A stretch of DNA of 64,000 nucleotides, taken from contig OZ336878.1 of assembly GCA_965287045.1 (NCBI GenBank), positions 48,546,001-48,610,000 on the forward strand, read 5' to 3'. The notes under the pieces were generated by a model. The model searched no databases and was not told where the DNA came from. It saw only the letters and a list, made by a program, of their open reading frames with translations. This DNA comes from Carcharhinus amblyrhynchos (Eukaryota). Shown piece after piece: positions 51,801 through 64,000 of this stretch (its first letter is position 1; every line of letters starts with the position of its first letter). Made by a program: the position numbers and the translations under genes.

Positions 51801-54800
51801 AAATCAGCCAATCAAGGATTTGGGGATGAACACCAGGATGCACTGAAACAGACATAAAAACTTTGGTGGTATGTTCATCTTCATTGCATTGATACAGTCT
51901 GCTAATGATAACGGGAGGATGGACCAATGTTTGAGGTCCTGTTCCATCCGCCCCATGAGTGGAGTGAAGTTAGCTCCAAAGAGGCCACAAAATTTGTTAG
52001 TCACTTGCACTCTCAAGTAAGTAAACTGCCTAACTTGAAAGGCAGGGTGTGGAGTGGGAATGCCGCTGCATTCAAAGGAAGGAGCTCACTCTTATTCAAG
52101 TTAAGCTTGTACCGCAAAATACAACCAAACCTCTCTATTATAGGTAAGACTTCTGGAATCGAGTTGGACAGGTCACCGACAATAGTAGATCATCCGCATA
52201 CAGAGATACTGTCTGTTCAATTCATTCTTCTACCAATTCCCACTGCTCACTTGCTGTTGCGAAAAGCTGCAGCAAGAGGTTCAATAGCAATGACAAATAA
52301 CAGGGGGGAGAGGGGGCATCCTTGCCTAGTGCCCCAAGACAAAGGGCAAAAGGCTGAATGCACATCGTTTGTCTGGACTGGGGCTAGAAGGGTGGAGTAC
52401 AGTATTTTGATCCAGGAGATGAGCTTTGGGCCAATCCCAAACCTCCCAAGAGCAAAAAATAAATAATCCCATTCCACCCAATCAAACAGTTTTTCAATGT
52501 CCAGCGAGATTAACATCTCTGGTAGCTTGGAGGTGGCAGACACATTCATAATGTTAAACAGTTGCCGAATATTCGAGTACATGTGTCTATTTTTAATGAA
52601 CCCAGTCTGGTCAGGTAAGATGATAGAGGGCAGAATGTCTTCCAAGCGAATGGCCAGAGTCTTAGAGATCAGTTTGAGATCCATATTCAGCAATGAGGTC
52701 GGTCTGTAAGAGCTGCAGATTTGCAGGTCCTTATTCTTTTTAAGCATAAGCGAAATTGTCATTTGCCTCAAAGCCTGTAGGACAGGGTGGTTCTCATATG
52801 ATTCATTGATCTTGTGCAGTAGCAGGGGAGTCAACCTATCCACAAATGTTTTGTACAATTCGATGGGGTACCCATCTGGTCCCAGACATTTCTCACTCAG
52901 CATAATTCTGGCCATCCTAACAATTTCTTCAACATCAATTGGTTTCTCCTGTGTTGTGGCCTTTCCCTGTCCACCACAGGGAGATTCAATGCCCCAAAGA
53001 ACTCTTGAAAGTCCACTCATTGGCAGTAGTCACTGAGCTGTAAAAGTTGAGTAAAGGTTTATAAAGGGTTTACCAAGAAGTGGGAAGTAGAAGATCTGGT
53101 GTCAAGGAGTGGTAAGCCCAAAACGCTACATTAGTATTTCCCTCCTTCCTGCCTCCTCGCACCAAAAAAAAAGGCCACTGCAAGAAGGTAAAAGTGAAGG
53201 TAAGAGTTTTATAAATTTTCTCAAACAATTTAATTGATGCTTGAAATGTCGGTTGGTAGGGTTAAGTGTTGCACTTGTGAGATGTGGGAGATCCGTGACA
53301 CTTCCAGCACTTAGGAGCATGAAAGAGGCGGAAAGCATCGTAGATAGGAGCTTTAGAGGTGTGGTCACACTCAAGGTGCAGGCAGATGGATGGGTGACAG
53401 CCAGAAGGGGCAGGCATTAAGTGCAGGAATTCCCTGTTGTCATCCCCCTCTTTAACAAATATAACATTTTGGATACTGCTGGGGGAGATGGGCTATCAGG
53501 GGATAACAGCAGCAGCAGCCAAAGCAGTGGCACCACGGCTAACTCTGTTGTTAAACAGGAAGGGATAAAAAGGATTAGAGCAATAGATATAGGGAACTCT
53601 ATAATTAGGGGTGCAGAAAGGCACTTCTGTGGACATGAAAGAGACTCCAGAATGGTATGTTGCCTCCCTGGTGCCAGGATGTCTCTGAATGGACAGAAAG
53701 CATTCTGAAGTGAGAGGGTGAACAGCCAGAGGTCGTGGTACATATTGGTACTAACGACATAGGTAGGAGCAGTGTTGAGGTCCTGCAGCAGCAGTTTAGG
53801 GAGTTAGGTAGAAAGTTAAAAAAGCAGGACCCCTAGGGTAATCTGGCATGTGACATGGAGTAATCTCAGGATTACTCCATGTCACATGCTAGTAAGGCTA
53901 GGAATAGAAAGATAGTGCAGCTCAACATGTGGCTAAACAGCTGGTGTAGGAGGGGGGAGGTTTCAGATATCTGGACCATTGGGGTCTATTCTGAGTCAGA
54001 TGGGACCTGTACAAGAAGAACAGGTTGTTATCTAAACTGGAAGGGCATAAACATTCTGGCCGGGAGGTTTGCTAGTGTCACACGGGAGGATTTAAACTAA
54101 TTTGGCAGGGGGGTGGGAACCAAAGCAAAGGTGAATTAGCTGAAGACAAACCAGAGAATACAGCCAGTAAGAGAGAAACAGCAGGCAGGGTGGGATTGTA
54201 ATCAAAGAGGGTCTGGTGACTAAAGTGCATCTGTTTCAATGCGAGAAGTGTAATAGGTAAGGCAGATGAACTTAGAGCTTGGATTCGTACGAGGAACAAC
54301 AATGTTGTTGCCATTATAGAGATTGGTTAAGGGAAGGACAGGATTGGCAGCTTAACATTCTAGGATACAGGTGTTTCAGGCAGGATACAGGGGGATGTAA
54401 AAGGGTGGGGGAGTTGCACTACTGGTAAAGGAGAATATCACAGCTGTACTCCGGGAGGACACCTCAGAGGGCTCATACAGCGAGGCAATATATGTAGAAC
54501 TCAGGAATAGGAAAGGCGTAGTCAAAATGTTGGGGGTTTACTATAGGCCTCCCAACTGCCAGCAGGAAATAAAGGAACAGATATGTAGCCAGATTTTGGC
54601 AAGGTGTAAAAGTGACAGGGTTGTTGTGGTGGGAGATTTTAACTTCTCCTATATTGACTGAGACTCACTTAATGCTAGGGGTGTGGATGGGGCAAAGTTT
54701 GTAAGGAACATCCAAGAGGGCTTCTTGAAACAATATGTAGATAGTCCAACTAGGAAAGGGGCCATACTGGACCTGGTATTAGGGAATGAGCTCAGCCAGG

Positions 54801-55616
54801 TGGTCGATGTTTCAGGAGGGGAGCAGTTCGGGAACAGTGACCACAATTTAGTAAGCTTTAAGGTACTAACAGATAAAGGTAAGTATAGTCCTCAAGTTAA
54901 GGGCTACACTGGGGGGAAGGCTAATTACAATATTAGGCAGGAACTCAAGAATGTAGATTGGGGGCAGATGTTTGAGGGCAAATCAACATCTGGCATGTGG
55001 GAGGCTTTCAAGTGTAAGTTGATAGGGATCCAGGACCGGCACATTCCTGTATCCTTATTGTTATTATTATTGAAGGATAAGTATGACAAGTTTTGAGAAC
55101 CTTGGATAACGAGAGATATTTTGAGCCTAGTCAAAGAGAAAAAGGAAGCATTTGTTAAAGTTAGGAGGCTGGCAACACATAAAGCAAGTGTGGAATACAA
55201 GGAAAGTAGAAAGAAACTTAAGGAATAAGGAGGGCTAAAAGGGGTCACGAGAAAGCATTGGTCAGCAGGATTAAGGAAAATCCTAAGGCTTTTTATACAT
55301 ATGTAAAGAGCAAGATGATTGGCCCACTCAAGGACAAGGGAGGGAATCTATGCGTGGAGCCAGAGGCAATGGGTGAGGTATTAAATGTGTATTCACCAAA
55401 GAGAAGGACTTGGTGAGTCTGGGAAAGAATGTGTAAATAGTTTGAGCCATGTTGAAATCAAAAAGGGGGAGGTATTGGGGTTCTTGAGAAACATTCAAGG
55501 TAGACAAGTCCCCAGGACCTGATGGGATATACCCCAGAATACTGAGAGAGGCAAGGAAGGAAATGGCTAGGGCCTTGAGAGAAATCTTTGTATCCTCACT
55601 GGCTACAGGGGAGGTC

Positions 55617-55897
55617 ATGCTGTGGAGATGCCAGAGTTGGACTGGAGTAAACACAGTAAGAATTCTGTACTTTAAGTCTTAAAGTCTGTACAAATGTCTG
55701 TACCTCTAAGACTTGATTACCTATAAAGATTCGCATTCCAACCATTATTTTGTAAGTTGAGTTCGTGTCTTTATACGCCCTGTTTGAGAACAGATCTCCC
55801 ACTTACCTGATGAAGGAGCAGCGCTCCGAAAGCTAGTGGATTTTGCTACTAAATAAACCTGTTGGACTTTAACCTGGTGTTGTGAGACTTCTTACTG
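55617..55897 (+). mobile_element. Non-autonomous Penelope-like element with inverted pLTR piece and hammerhead motif
   Basis: TSD TA(C/T)AGGGGAGGTC at 55604-55616 and 55898-55910; 5' ACAGTAAGAA is inverted relative to 3' TTCTTACTG; AATAAA at ~55852. Confidence 0.85.
55804..55838 (+). ncRNA. Minimal type I hammerhead ribozyme motif
   Basis: TAC-CTGATGA-A-GGAGC-AGC-GCTCC-GAAA-GCTA-GTG: conserved CUGAUGA and GAAA cores, a 5-bp stem II, palindromic AGCT stem III, and NUH site CUA. Confidence 0.7.
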
Positions 55898-58800
55898 TAT
55901 AGGGGAGGTCCCAGAGGATTGGAGAATAGCCAATGCTGTTCCTTTGTTTAAGGAGGGTAGCAAGAATAATCCAGGTAATTACAGGCCAGTGAGCCTTACA
56001 TCAGTGGTAGGGAAATTATTGGAGAGGATTCTTCGAAACAGAATTTATTGCCACTTGGAAATAAGTGGATGTATTAGTGAGAGGCAACATGGTTTTGTGA
56101 TGGGAAGGTCGTGTCTCATCAACTTGATTGAGTTTTTCAAGGAAGTGACAAAGATGATTGAGGGTAGGGCAGTGGAGGTTGTCAACATGGACTTCAGTAA
56201 GGCCTTTGATGAGGTCCCTTATGGCAGACTGGTACAGAAGGTGAAGTTGCATGGATCCCAGGTGAGCTGGCAAGGTGGATACAAAACTGGCTTGGTCAAA
56301 GAAGAGAGGGTAGCAGTGGAAGGGTGTCTGAATGGAGGGCTGTGACAAGTGATGTTCCTCAGGGATCAATTCTGGGACCTTTGCTAATGCACTGATAGAT
56401 GTTTGTAATATATATATAAATGATTTGGAGGAAAATGTAACTGATTTGATCAGTAAATTTGTGGATGACACAAAGGTTGGTGGATTTGCAGATGGTGTTG
56501 AGGACCATCAGAGGATACAGCAGGATATCAATCAGTTGGAGACTTAGGTGGAGAGATAGTAGATGGATTTTAATTCGGACAAATGTAAGGTAATGCACTT
56601 TGGAAGATCTAATACAGATAGGAAATATACAGTAAATGGCAGAACCCTTAAGAATATTGATAAGCAAAGGGATCTGGGTGTATAGGTACACAGGTCATTG
56701 AAAGTGGCAATGCAGGTGGAGAAGGTAGTCAAGAAGACATATGGCATGCTTGCCTTCATTGGCCAGGGCACTGAGTTTAAAAACTGGCGAGTCATATTGC
56801 AGCTTTATAGAATCTTAGTTAGTTAGGACGCACTTGGAATATAGTGTTCAATTCTGGTTACCACACTACCAGAAGGATGCGAAGGCTTTGGAGAAGGTAC
56901 AGAAAAGATTTACCAGGATGTTGCCTGGTATGGAGGGCATTAGCTATGAGGAGAGGCTGGAGAAACTTGGTTTGTTCTCACTGAAACAATGGAGGTTGAG
57001 GGGCGACCTGATAGAAGTCTACAAGATTGAGAGGCATGGACAGAGTGGATAGTCAGAAGTTTTTCCCAGGGTGGAAGAGTCAATTTCTAGGGGGCACAGG
57101 TTTAAGGTGCAAAGGGCAATGTTTAAAGGAGATGTACAAGGCAGAGTTTTTACACAGAGGGTGGTGGGTGCCTAGAACTCATTGCTGGGGGAAGTAGTAG
57201 AAGTGGATACAGTAGTGACTTTTAAGGGGCATCTTGACAAATACATGAATAGAATGGGAATAGAGGGATATGGAACCCAGAAGGGTAGGGGGTTTTAGTT
57301 CAGTCGGGCACCATGGTCAGTGCAGACTTGGAGGGCTGAAGGGCCTGTTCCTGTTCTATAACTTTCTTTGTTCTTTGTTCTTTAGACGTCCCTAAACCAT
57401 TCATTTATTCGCTGCGGATCAATAGAGACCCCATTCGGAGTCAGCATTTGTGGTATTAGACTTTTGGCAGAGAATTGGTGCAGCTGATGAGCTTGCTTGC
57501 TTGCCTTGTCCCCATGCTCATAGTGTGTATACTTAGATTTGAACAGCATTTCTTCTGCTTGACACGAGGACAATGTCTCAAACTCCGCCTGTAGTAGTAA
57601 ACGTTTCTTATATACCTCCGGGGCCTACAGTGTACATGGCATCAACTTGGGCAATATGCCCCAGCAATTCCAATAACCTCCCACCTCTCTGCTTTGCCTT
57701 ATGCGCTGAATAAGATATGATCTGGTCCCTCAAATAAGCCTTCAATGTCTCCCATAAGGTAGCTGCCAAGACTCCCGGAGCATCATTAAGCTCTAAGAAA
57801 TCGTTGATCTGTGTTAACAGAAATCTAACAAATTTATCATCTGAGAGCAGACAAGTATTAAATCGCCAAGACCTACGGGGGCCCACTGTCCTCCCCACTA
57901 CCAAGTCCATTGTCAAGAGAGCATGGTCCAAGATTACAATGGTTTCATTGGAACATGAGAGCACAGCAGGGAGCAGCTTATTGTCGACCAAAAAGTAATC
58001 TATTTGCAAATACGTTCGGTGGACAGGTGAAAAATAATATTCCCTTCTGATGGGGTTAAGAAACCTCCATGGGTCCGAAACCACATATTCAGTGAGAAAT
58101 GATTTAATCATTTCTGCCAACTTGGAAGATACAGCAGTTCTGGGGAGGAGCGGTCAAGGGCAGGATTCAACCAACAGTTGAAATCTCCGCCCAGTATCAA
58201 CTGAATTCAAATCTGGAAGTAGCATGATAAAGGACTGGAAAGAGTTTTCACAGTTCCAGTTGGAGCATACACGTTGGCTAACACCAGAGACGTCCCATAT
58301 AATTTACCCGTGACAATGATGTATCGGCCATTTGAGTCAGAAATAACATTGGCTACTATCAAGGATAAGGACTTTGGGTAAGGATTGCCACCCCCTGCAG
58401 CTTGGTGTGAAAAGTTAAGTGAAAGCATTGACTCTCCCACCCTCTACAGAGCCTAAAATAATCCACTGGTCTGACATGTCTCTCTTGGAGAGATGCAATT
58501 TGGGTACCCATCTGTCAAAAATGCTAAAATATCTTAGCGTGCTTAATTGGATGATTTAATCCCAACATTCCAGCTAGTGAAATTGATCGCTCTGAGGTTG
58601 GAGCGTAAGGGCCTCCTAGCCAGCATCCCACATTTCTAAAGGTGGCCTAGTATCCTTCCTCACCGGGTAGTCTCCCCCAACCGCTGACATCAGCAAATGC
58701 CACACCCCAGGGCCCCAACCACCACCCTCTCCGCCGACCACAGGGAACCAACCAGGAGAAAGAGAGGGTGGGCTTAAAAGAGGCCAAACCACACACACAG

Positions 58801-61226
58801 AGAAAAAAAGGTATAGCAAAGACACAAAAACACCCACACAGACCAAACCCACAAACACAGCATTGCTGCCCCTCCCTCCAGCACACATCCTCCCAAACAG
58901 GACGTCTGTGCCTCCAACACTTCCTTACCCAGACGCCTTCATAGCACTCCGCATGGGACACGGTCTCCACCTCCATTCCCATCATGGTCACAGGTGCTAT
59001 AATCTAAAACGGTCTGTAGAAAAACCAAACACTTAACACTTAACCTAACAGTCCAAAACTCATTACACTTTCTTGGCTGACAATTCAATCCAGGTATAGC
59101 ATGTAAGTTTTTTAAAAAAAAACAAATATCAGATTACGTTCGCTGTGTGGTCACCCGATTCAAAAGGCTGCTTCACAAATTTCATCACCGCTGCTGGATC
59201 CATGAACTTGTGCTCGGTTCCATTGTTGAGAGTAATCTCAAGCAGGCTGGAAAGCAAAGCCCAAACTGACCTCAGGACAGTCATGCAGAAGTCGTTTGAC
59301 ATCAGCGAACGCTGCCCTTCTCCTTGCAGTCACCAGGGTAAAATCTGGAAATATGAACAGCTTATTTTCCTGGTACCTCAGAATGGTAGCCTGTGGTGCT
59401 TGCCACAGGATTCTGTCTCATGCTGAGATGTAATGTACTCGTGTAATAATACGCCGAGGAGCTTCTCCCAGTCTGGGCTTTGCCCATAACACTATGTGTG
59501 CAATCCAGAAGTGGCTCATCCTCCAGTTCCAACACATTCTTCAACAGTCGGGTGACAAAGTCAGTGATATTTGGGCCCTCGATTGCCTCCGGAAGGCCTA
59601 TCAGACAGATATTATTTCATCTTTGGCTATCTTCCATCTCATCACATTTCTCCCTTAGGGACTTAACTTCCGATGTCAAATGAGTAACTTGGCTCTTCAT
59701 CTAGGAGATACTGTTTCCACTAAATGCCTCCGAGTCCTCAAGCTCCTTCAAACAGTTTTCATGGGCTTCGGTGACAAATGGGAGAGATTTAACAGATGAT
59801 CTGAGCTCCTCTCTCAGTTTTTCTATCTTGGCCTGCAACTTAATGGCCCACTGGTCCAACTTACTGTCCAATCTTTGCATGGCCTCCATAATAGCTTCCC
59901 CTGTCCTTTCATTCAGCATGCTCTGTTCAGGGATTCTTCCAGGACAGCATAGTGGCCCCCCCCCCCCACCCCCACCACTTCCGTTCCAGTGGTCCCATTC
60001 TTCGATTTTGGTTTGCCTCCTGCCGTTTTGCCAGTACCAGCATCTGTGGGCTGACCCATTTCCTCCAGCCTGGAGCGCTATTTCTTCGTCCACATATCAA
60101 GCTGTCTCGCTGCTCAATCTACCAGAGTTTTTATGTGGATTGCTTTTCACCTTACCTCATCCTTAACTGGGCAAACAGATGCAGCAAAGGATTCCCAGCC
60201 AAGCTGCAAGTTGCAACTGTTCTCCATCACTTTAATTCACCCTTGGTTGGGTGAAAAAAGAAACAGCAGAGTCTCCAGGTTGATCTGACAGTTGCAGTTT
60301 TTATGACACAGGAGTTCTTCCCTGGGCTGCTACCCACCCAAACAAATTCACACTTGACTGAGTGAAAAAGTTACAAGATCATTCAAGCTGAAGGCCAAGT
60401 CCCAACATATCTTTCAGAGCTCAAGCTGCAAAAAAAATCCAAAAGTAGAAATGGCAGCTTGCAATTTGCAACAGGACCTCAGTGACTCCTGCTTCCCACT
60501 TTAATTCACCCTTTCTGGGGTGAAAAAAGAACAGAGAGTTTGCAGACAGAGCTGCAATCCATAGCTCCTCCCTTGCTGAGCACACACAGTAAATTCCAAC
60601 CAGCAGGAAGGAATCTAAAAATAACCTTTCCAGCTAGACTTTCAAAATCCTCTCTTTGCAACTGCCCTCCAGGTATGTTTAAAGCTTGCTTGATGTACAT
60701 TAACTTCTCTCCAGATCTCAGCAGTCAGATTTCAAGGATCTTGCCACCTGTGGATCATGCTTTGTCTCACACCAGCACCATCTTTGATTCCCCCTGTTTC
60801 TGTAAATGTCCTAAATTCCCAACTGGTAAATGGGGTTCCATTATCCATCACTAAAACTTTTGGGATTCCATGGGTACTAAAAGATTGTCGTAGTTTCTCT
60901 ATCATGTTTTGTGATATGGAGGAGGTCATCTGGTGCACCTCCATCCATTTAGAATGGGCATCAATTAACAAAAACATGGAGCTCATAAATAGTGCTGCAA
61001 TGCTCACACATATTCTAAACCATGGCTTTCCTGGCCATTCCCAGGAATGTAGGGAAGCTACAGGTGGTGCCTCTTGGTTTTCCTGGCACATTCAACATGT
61101 TGTTACTGTATTCTCTATGTTCCTATAGAGACATAGCTTCTTGCTACCATCTTCATTTTTGATACACCTGGATGGCCGTTCTGCAGTTCTTGAAGGACAG
61201 GCCTTTGAGCAGGACGAGGGGTAACT

Positions 61227-62353
61227 AAGAACATAAGAACATAAGAAATAGGAGCAGGAGTAGGCCATCTGGCCCTTCGAGCCTGCCCCGCCATTCAATA
61301 AGATCATGGCTGATCTGTCGTGGCTCAGTTCCACTTTCCGGCCCTCTCCCCATAACCCTTAATCCCCTCTCTTATCAAAAACCCATCAACCCGCTTCTTG
61401 AAAATATTTAGCGAGGCAGCCTCCACCACTTCAATGGGTAGAGAATTCCAGAGATTCACCACCCTTTGAGTGAAGAAGTTCCTCCTCAACTCTGTTTTAA
61501 AACGCCCCCCCTTTATCTTGAGGCTGTGCCCCCTAGTCCTACTGTCTTTTTTCAGTGGGAAGAGTCTCTCCACCTCTATCCTATCCATCCCATTCATCAT
61601 CTTATATGTCTCAATGAGATCTCCCCTCATTCTTCTAAACTCCAACGAGTACAAGCCTAGTTTATTCAGCCTCTCCTCATAGTTCAACCCCCTCAACTCC
61701 GGTATCAGCCTAGTAAACCTCCTCTGCACTCCCTCCAAGGCCAAAATATCTTTGCGCAGGTGCGGCGCCCAAAACTGCACACACTACTCCAGCTGCGGCC
61801 TCACCAATGCCCTATACAGCTGCAGCAAGACCTCCCTACTTTTATATTCAATCCCCTTCGCTATGAAGGCCAGCATCCCATTCACCTTCCTGACCACCTG
61901 CTGCACCTGCAAGCTGGGTTTTTGCGACTCATGCACAAGGACCCCCAGGTCCCTCTGCACCGTCACCTGCTGTTTTTCGCCACGTAAGTAATAGTCCTTC
62001 CTACCATTCTTCCTACCAAAGTGGACCACCTCACACTTGCCAACATTAAATTCCATTTGCCATTTCCTGGCCCATTCGCCCAGCCTATCTAGATCCTTCT
62101 GCAGACTCTCCACACCCTCCACACAATTTGCCGTTCCCCCAATCTTGGTGTCATCCGCAAATTTCGACACCCTACACTCGGTTCCCTCCCCCAGATCATC
62201 TATATAAATGGTAAAAAGCTGAGGCCCCAGCACCGACCCCTGGGGCACTCCACTAGTCACCATCCGCCAATCCGAATAGCACCCGTTGACCCCCACTCTC
62301 TGCCTCCTATTTGACAACCAATCCTCTATCCACGCTAACACCCTACCCCCAAC
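61227..62353 (-). mobile_element. 5'-truncated young CR1 LINE inserted in Gypsy pol
   Basis: Close match to 46951-48085; (ATAAGAAC)n tail; short TSD AACT(A). Confidence 0.93.
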
Positions 62354-63145
62354 TACCCAGGCTTCCCCCAGGATAATGCCATCTTCTATGCCTAATTCCA
62401 GGCATTTTGTCACATACAACTTCAAGTCTTGTGCCAGACATGCCTGCTTTCCTCCATTTAAGATCATGTAGTTTAGTTTTGCCAGCTTGGAGATGTTTTG
62501 AGGCCAAGCTTTTATTTGTTTTGCCAAAATTGACAAAGTGCCCATAAAATTTAATGTTATTATTACTTCATCCATTTTTGATGGTGACGGAAAGCTTCTG
62601 GGCAAAGGTAAGCAACTCAGAATAAGCAACTCAGGACATGTACGTCGGCAACTTGTGTCCGTGGTCTATGCCCCATACCCATAAGTGCCTAATAATAGTG
62701 CCCATCACTGTCTTCGAGCTGATGCTATAACAGGGATCATTTACTGCTTGGAAAAAGGACTGTGGTCTGTTACGATTGTACACATGCATACACAGGTATA
62801 CGATACATGTATTGATGGGATTTCTTCACTGTGAAGATCATTGCCAAAACCCTCTTTTTCTATTTATGCATGCCTTTTTCCGCATCGGCTAGTGTCCTTG
62901 AGGCATATATAATCGGGCGCTCCATCCCATTGTTCCATCGATGCGATAATACTGTACCTATCCCGTAAAGAGAAACATCACATTATGACCAATGGTCTTT
63001 CTGGGTTGAAATGGGTCAATACGTTGTCTGACTGCAGTTTGTGTTTTATCCTCACAAGAGTATCCTCCTGTGATTCTTACCATGCCCTGTTCTGATGTTT
63101 TTAACAACGTATGTAGGAAGTAAGGTTGCCAAGTTTGGAATGAAT

Positions 63146-63375
63146 CAGTGGCACAGTGGTTAGCACTGCTGCCTCACAGCACAAGGGACCCAGGTTTGAT
63201 TCTGTCTGTGTGGAGTTTGCACGTTCTCCCCGTGTCTGTGTGTCCTTAGGGTGCTTTGGTTTCCTCTCAAAATCTGAAAGACGTGCTGATTAGGTGCATT
63301 GATCCGAACAGGCGCTGAAGAGTGGTGATTAGGGAAATTTCATTGCAGTATTAATGTAAGCCTTATGTATGACAG
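63146..63375 (+). mobile_element. V-SINE (alternative tail) inserted in Gypsy pol
   Basis: GTGGCACAGTGGTTAGCACTGCTGCCTCACAGC...TCTGTGTGGAGTTTGCACGTTCTCCCCGTGTC...TTCATTGCAGTATTAATGTAAGCC. Confidence 0.85.
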
Positions 63376-64000
63376 TTCAACTTCAGAACTTTGCATAATA
63401 ATTTACAAGGCCCAGGTACGATTTTAATTCTGTTGTGTTCCTTGGTATTGGAGCCTCTTTAATGGCTCTTACTTTTACCTCGATTGGCTGTAAGCCATCT
63501 TTGTCGACCCTGTATCTGATGTATGTTACTTGGAAAATGCATTTTTTTCTTTTTAGTCTAATCCTGGCTACCAAAACCTATCGTAAGACTTCTGCTAATT
63601 TTCATGGCATTCTTTGACTGTGGCTCTGTGACTAGAACATCATTCTAGGTAAACTGCCACTCTGGGTATTCCCTGCAGTATGCCTTCCATTATTCTTTTA
63701 AATATGGCACACACTGATAATACCCTAAATGGTAGGCAAGTGTATTCATATAAACCCTTGTGCATGTCTACTGTCATATACTTCCTTGATGACTCTTTTA
63801 GTTCTAACTGGAAGTATACATGATTCATATCTAGCTTTGTGACTGTGTGGACTCTGGATGACTTTGCAAAGAGGTCAACTATTTACAGCATTGATATTTG
63901 TCCAAATTAGATACTTTATTCACTGTCATTTTATAATCACTACCAAGGCAGACTGTGTTGTCCCACTTTATCGATGTGGCCCACTCGGAAAATTGTACAG

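Larger units (their letters stand above)
53062..57380 (+). mobile_element. Near-full-length decayed CR1 LINE (ORF1 Zn-finger plus SGNH esterase; ORF2 APE plus RT) inserted in the L1
   Basis: CCTCEMWE at ~53267; IGNSIIRG..MVCCLPGAR..HIGTND; APE motifs (VGDFN, PTRKGAILDLVL, SDH); RT (NYRPVSLTS, DFSKAF); GTTCTTT tail. Confidence 0.92.
50105..60794 (-). mobile_element. Full-length, decayed L1-clade LINE with 16-bp TSD
   Basis: TSD TGTTTCTGTAAATGTC at 50089-50104 and 60795-60810; poly(A) tail and AATAAA at ~50105-50123; ORF1 remnants (NNICLIGLPEAI, LELEDEPLLD); endonuclease (LANVYAP, IDYFLVD); RT (SYRPTSLLN, DQTGF, GTRQGCPLSPLLF). Confidence 0.92.
49047..64000 (-). mobile_element. Ty3/Gypsy LTR retrotransposon, decayed, extending beyond the window, with nested L1, CR1 and SINE
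   Basis: RT (KGLYEYTCLPF, 63640-63828; ELKSYLGLVNYY), RNase H remnants at ~62750-63000, integrase (LHSWEWPGKPW, LIDAHSKW, VMDNGTPFTS, 60811-61091) continuing at 50088-49950; PPT GGAGAGGGAGGAGAA at ~49309-49323; 3' LTR at ~49047-49308. Confidence 0.85.

Noticed and set aside
61784-62629. 281-aa ORF with an unusual N-terminus
   Set aside because: Decayed Gypsy pol sequence fused fortuitously to a 5'-truncated CR1.

Overview
Eukaryotic, vertebrate non-coding DNA, most likely from a shark or other cartilaginous fish. This is inferred from HE1-type V-SINEs, HER1/CR1 LINE tails and the overall repeat mix. I found no convincing host protein-coding exon; every ORF I could assign belongs to a transposable element. 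Two large nested TE complexes dominate the window. (1) ~16.4-28.0 kb: a decayed GalEa-type Copia LTR element carrying two Rex1 LINEs, three CR1 LINEs, a V-SINE, a GC-rich MITE and a mini-Penelope. (2) ~49.0-64.0 kb: a Gypsy element containing a full-length L1 with a 16-bp TSD, which contains a near-full-length CR1, which contains a mini-Penelope. The most notable observations are: a CR1 subfamily (2 copies) whose long 3' UTR has a splice-acceptor-like site, a multi-stem RNA structure with compensatory base changes, and a V-SINE core; several 110-280 bp Penelope-derived inserts with TSDs and minimal hammerhead-ribozyme motifs, one with an intact core; an unexplained ~385-bp hairpin; and a TE-free, AT-rich but CpG-retaining island with regulatory motifs. 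Boundaries were read by eye and are approximate unless a TSD is given.
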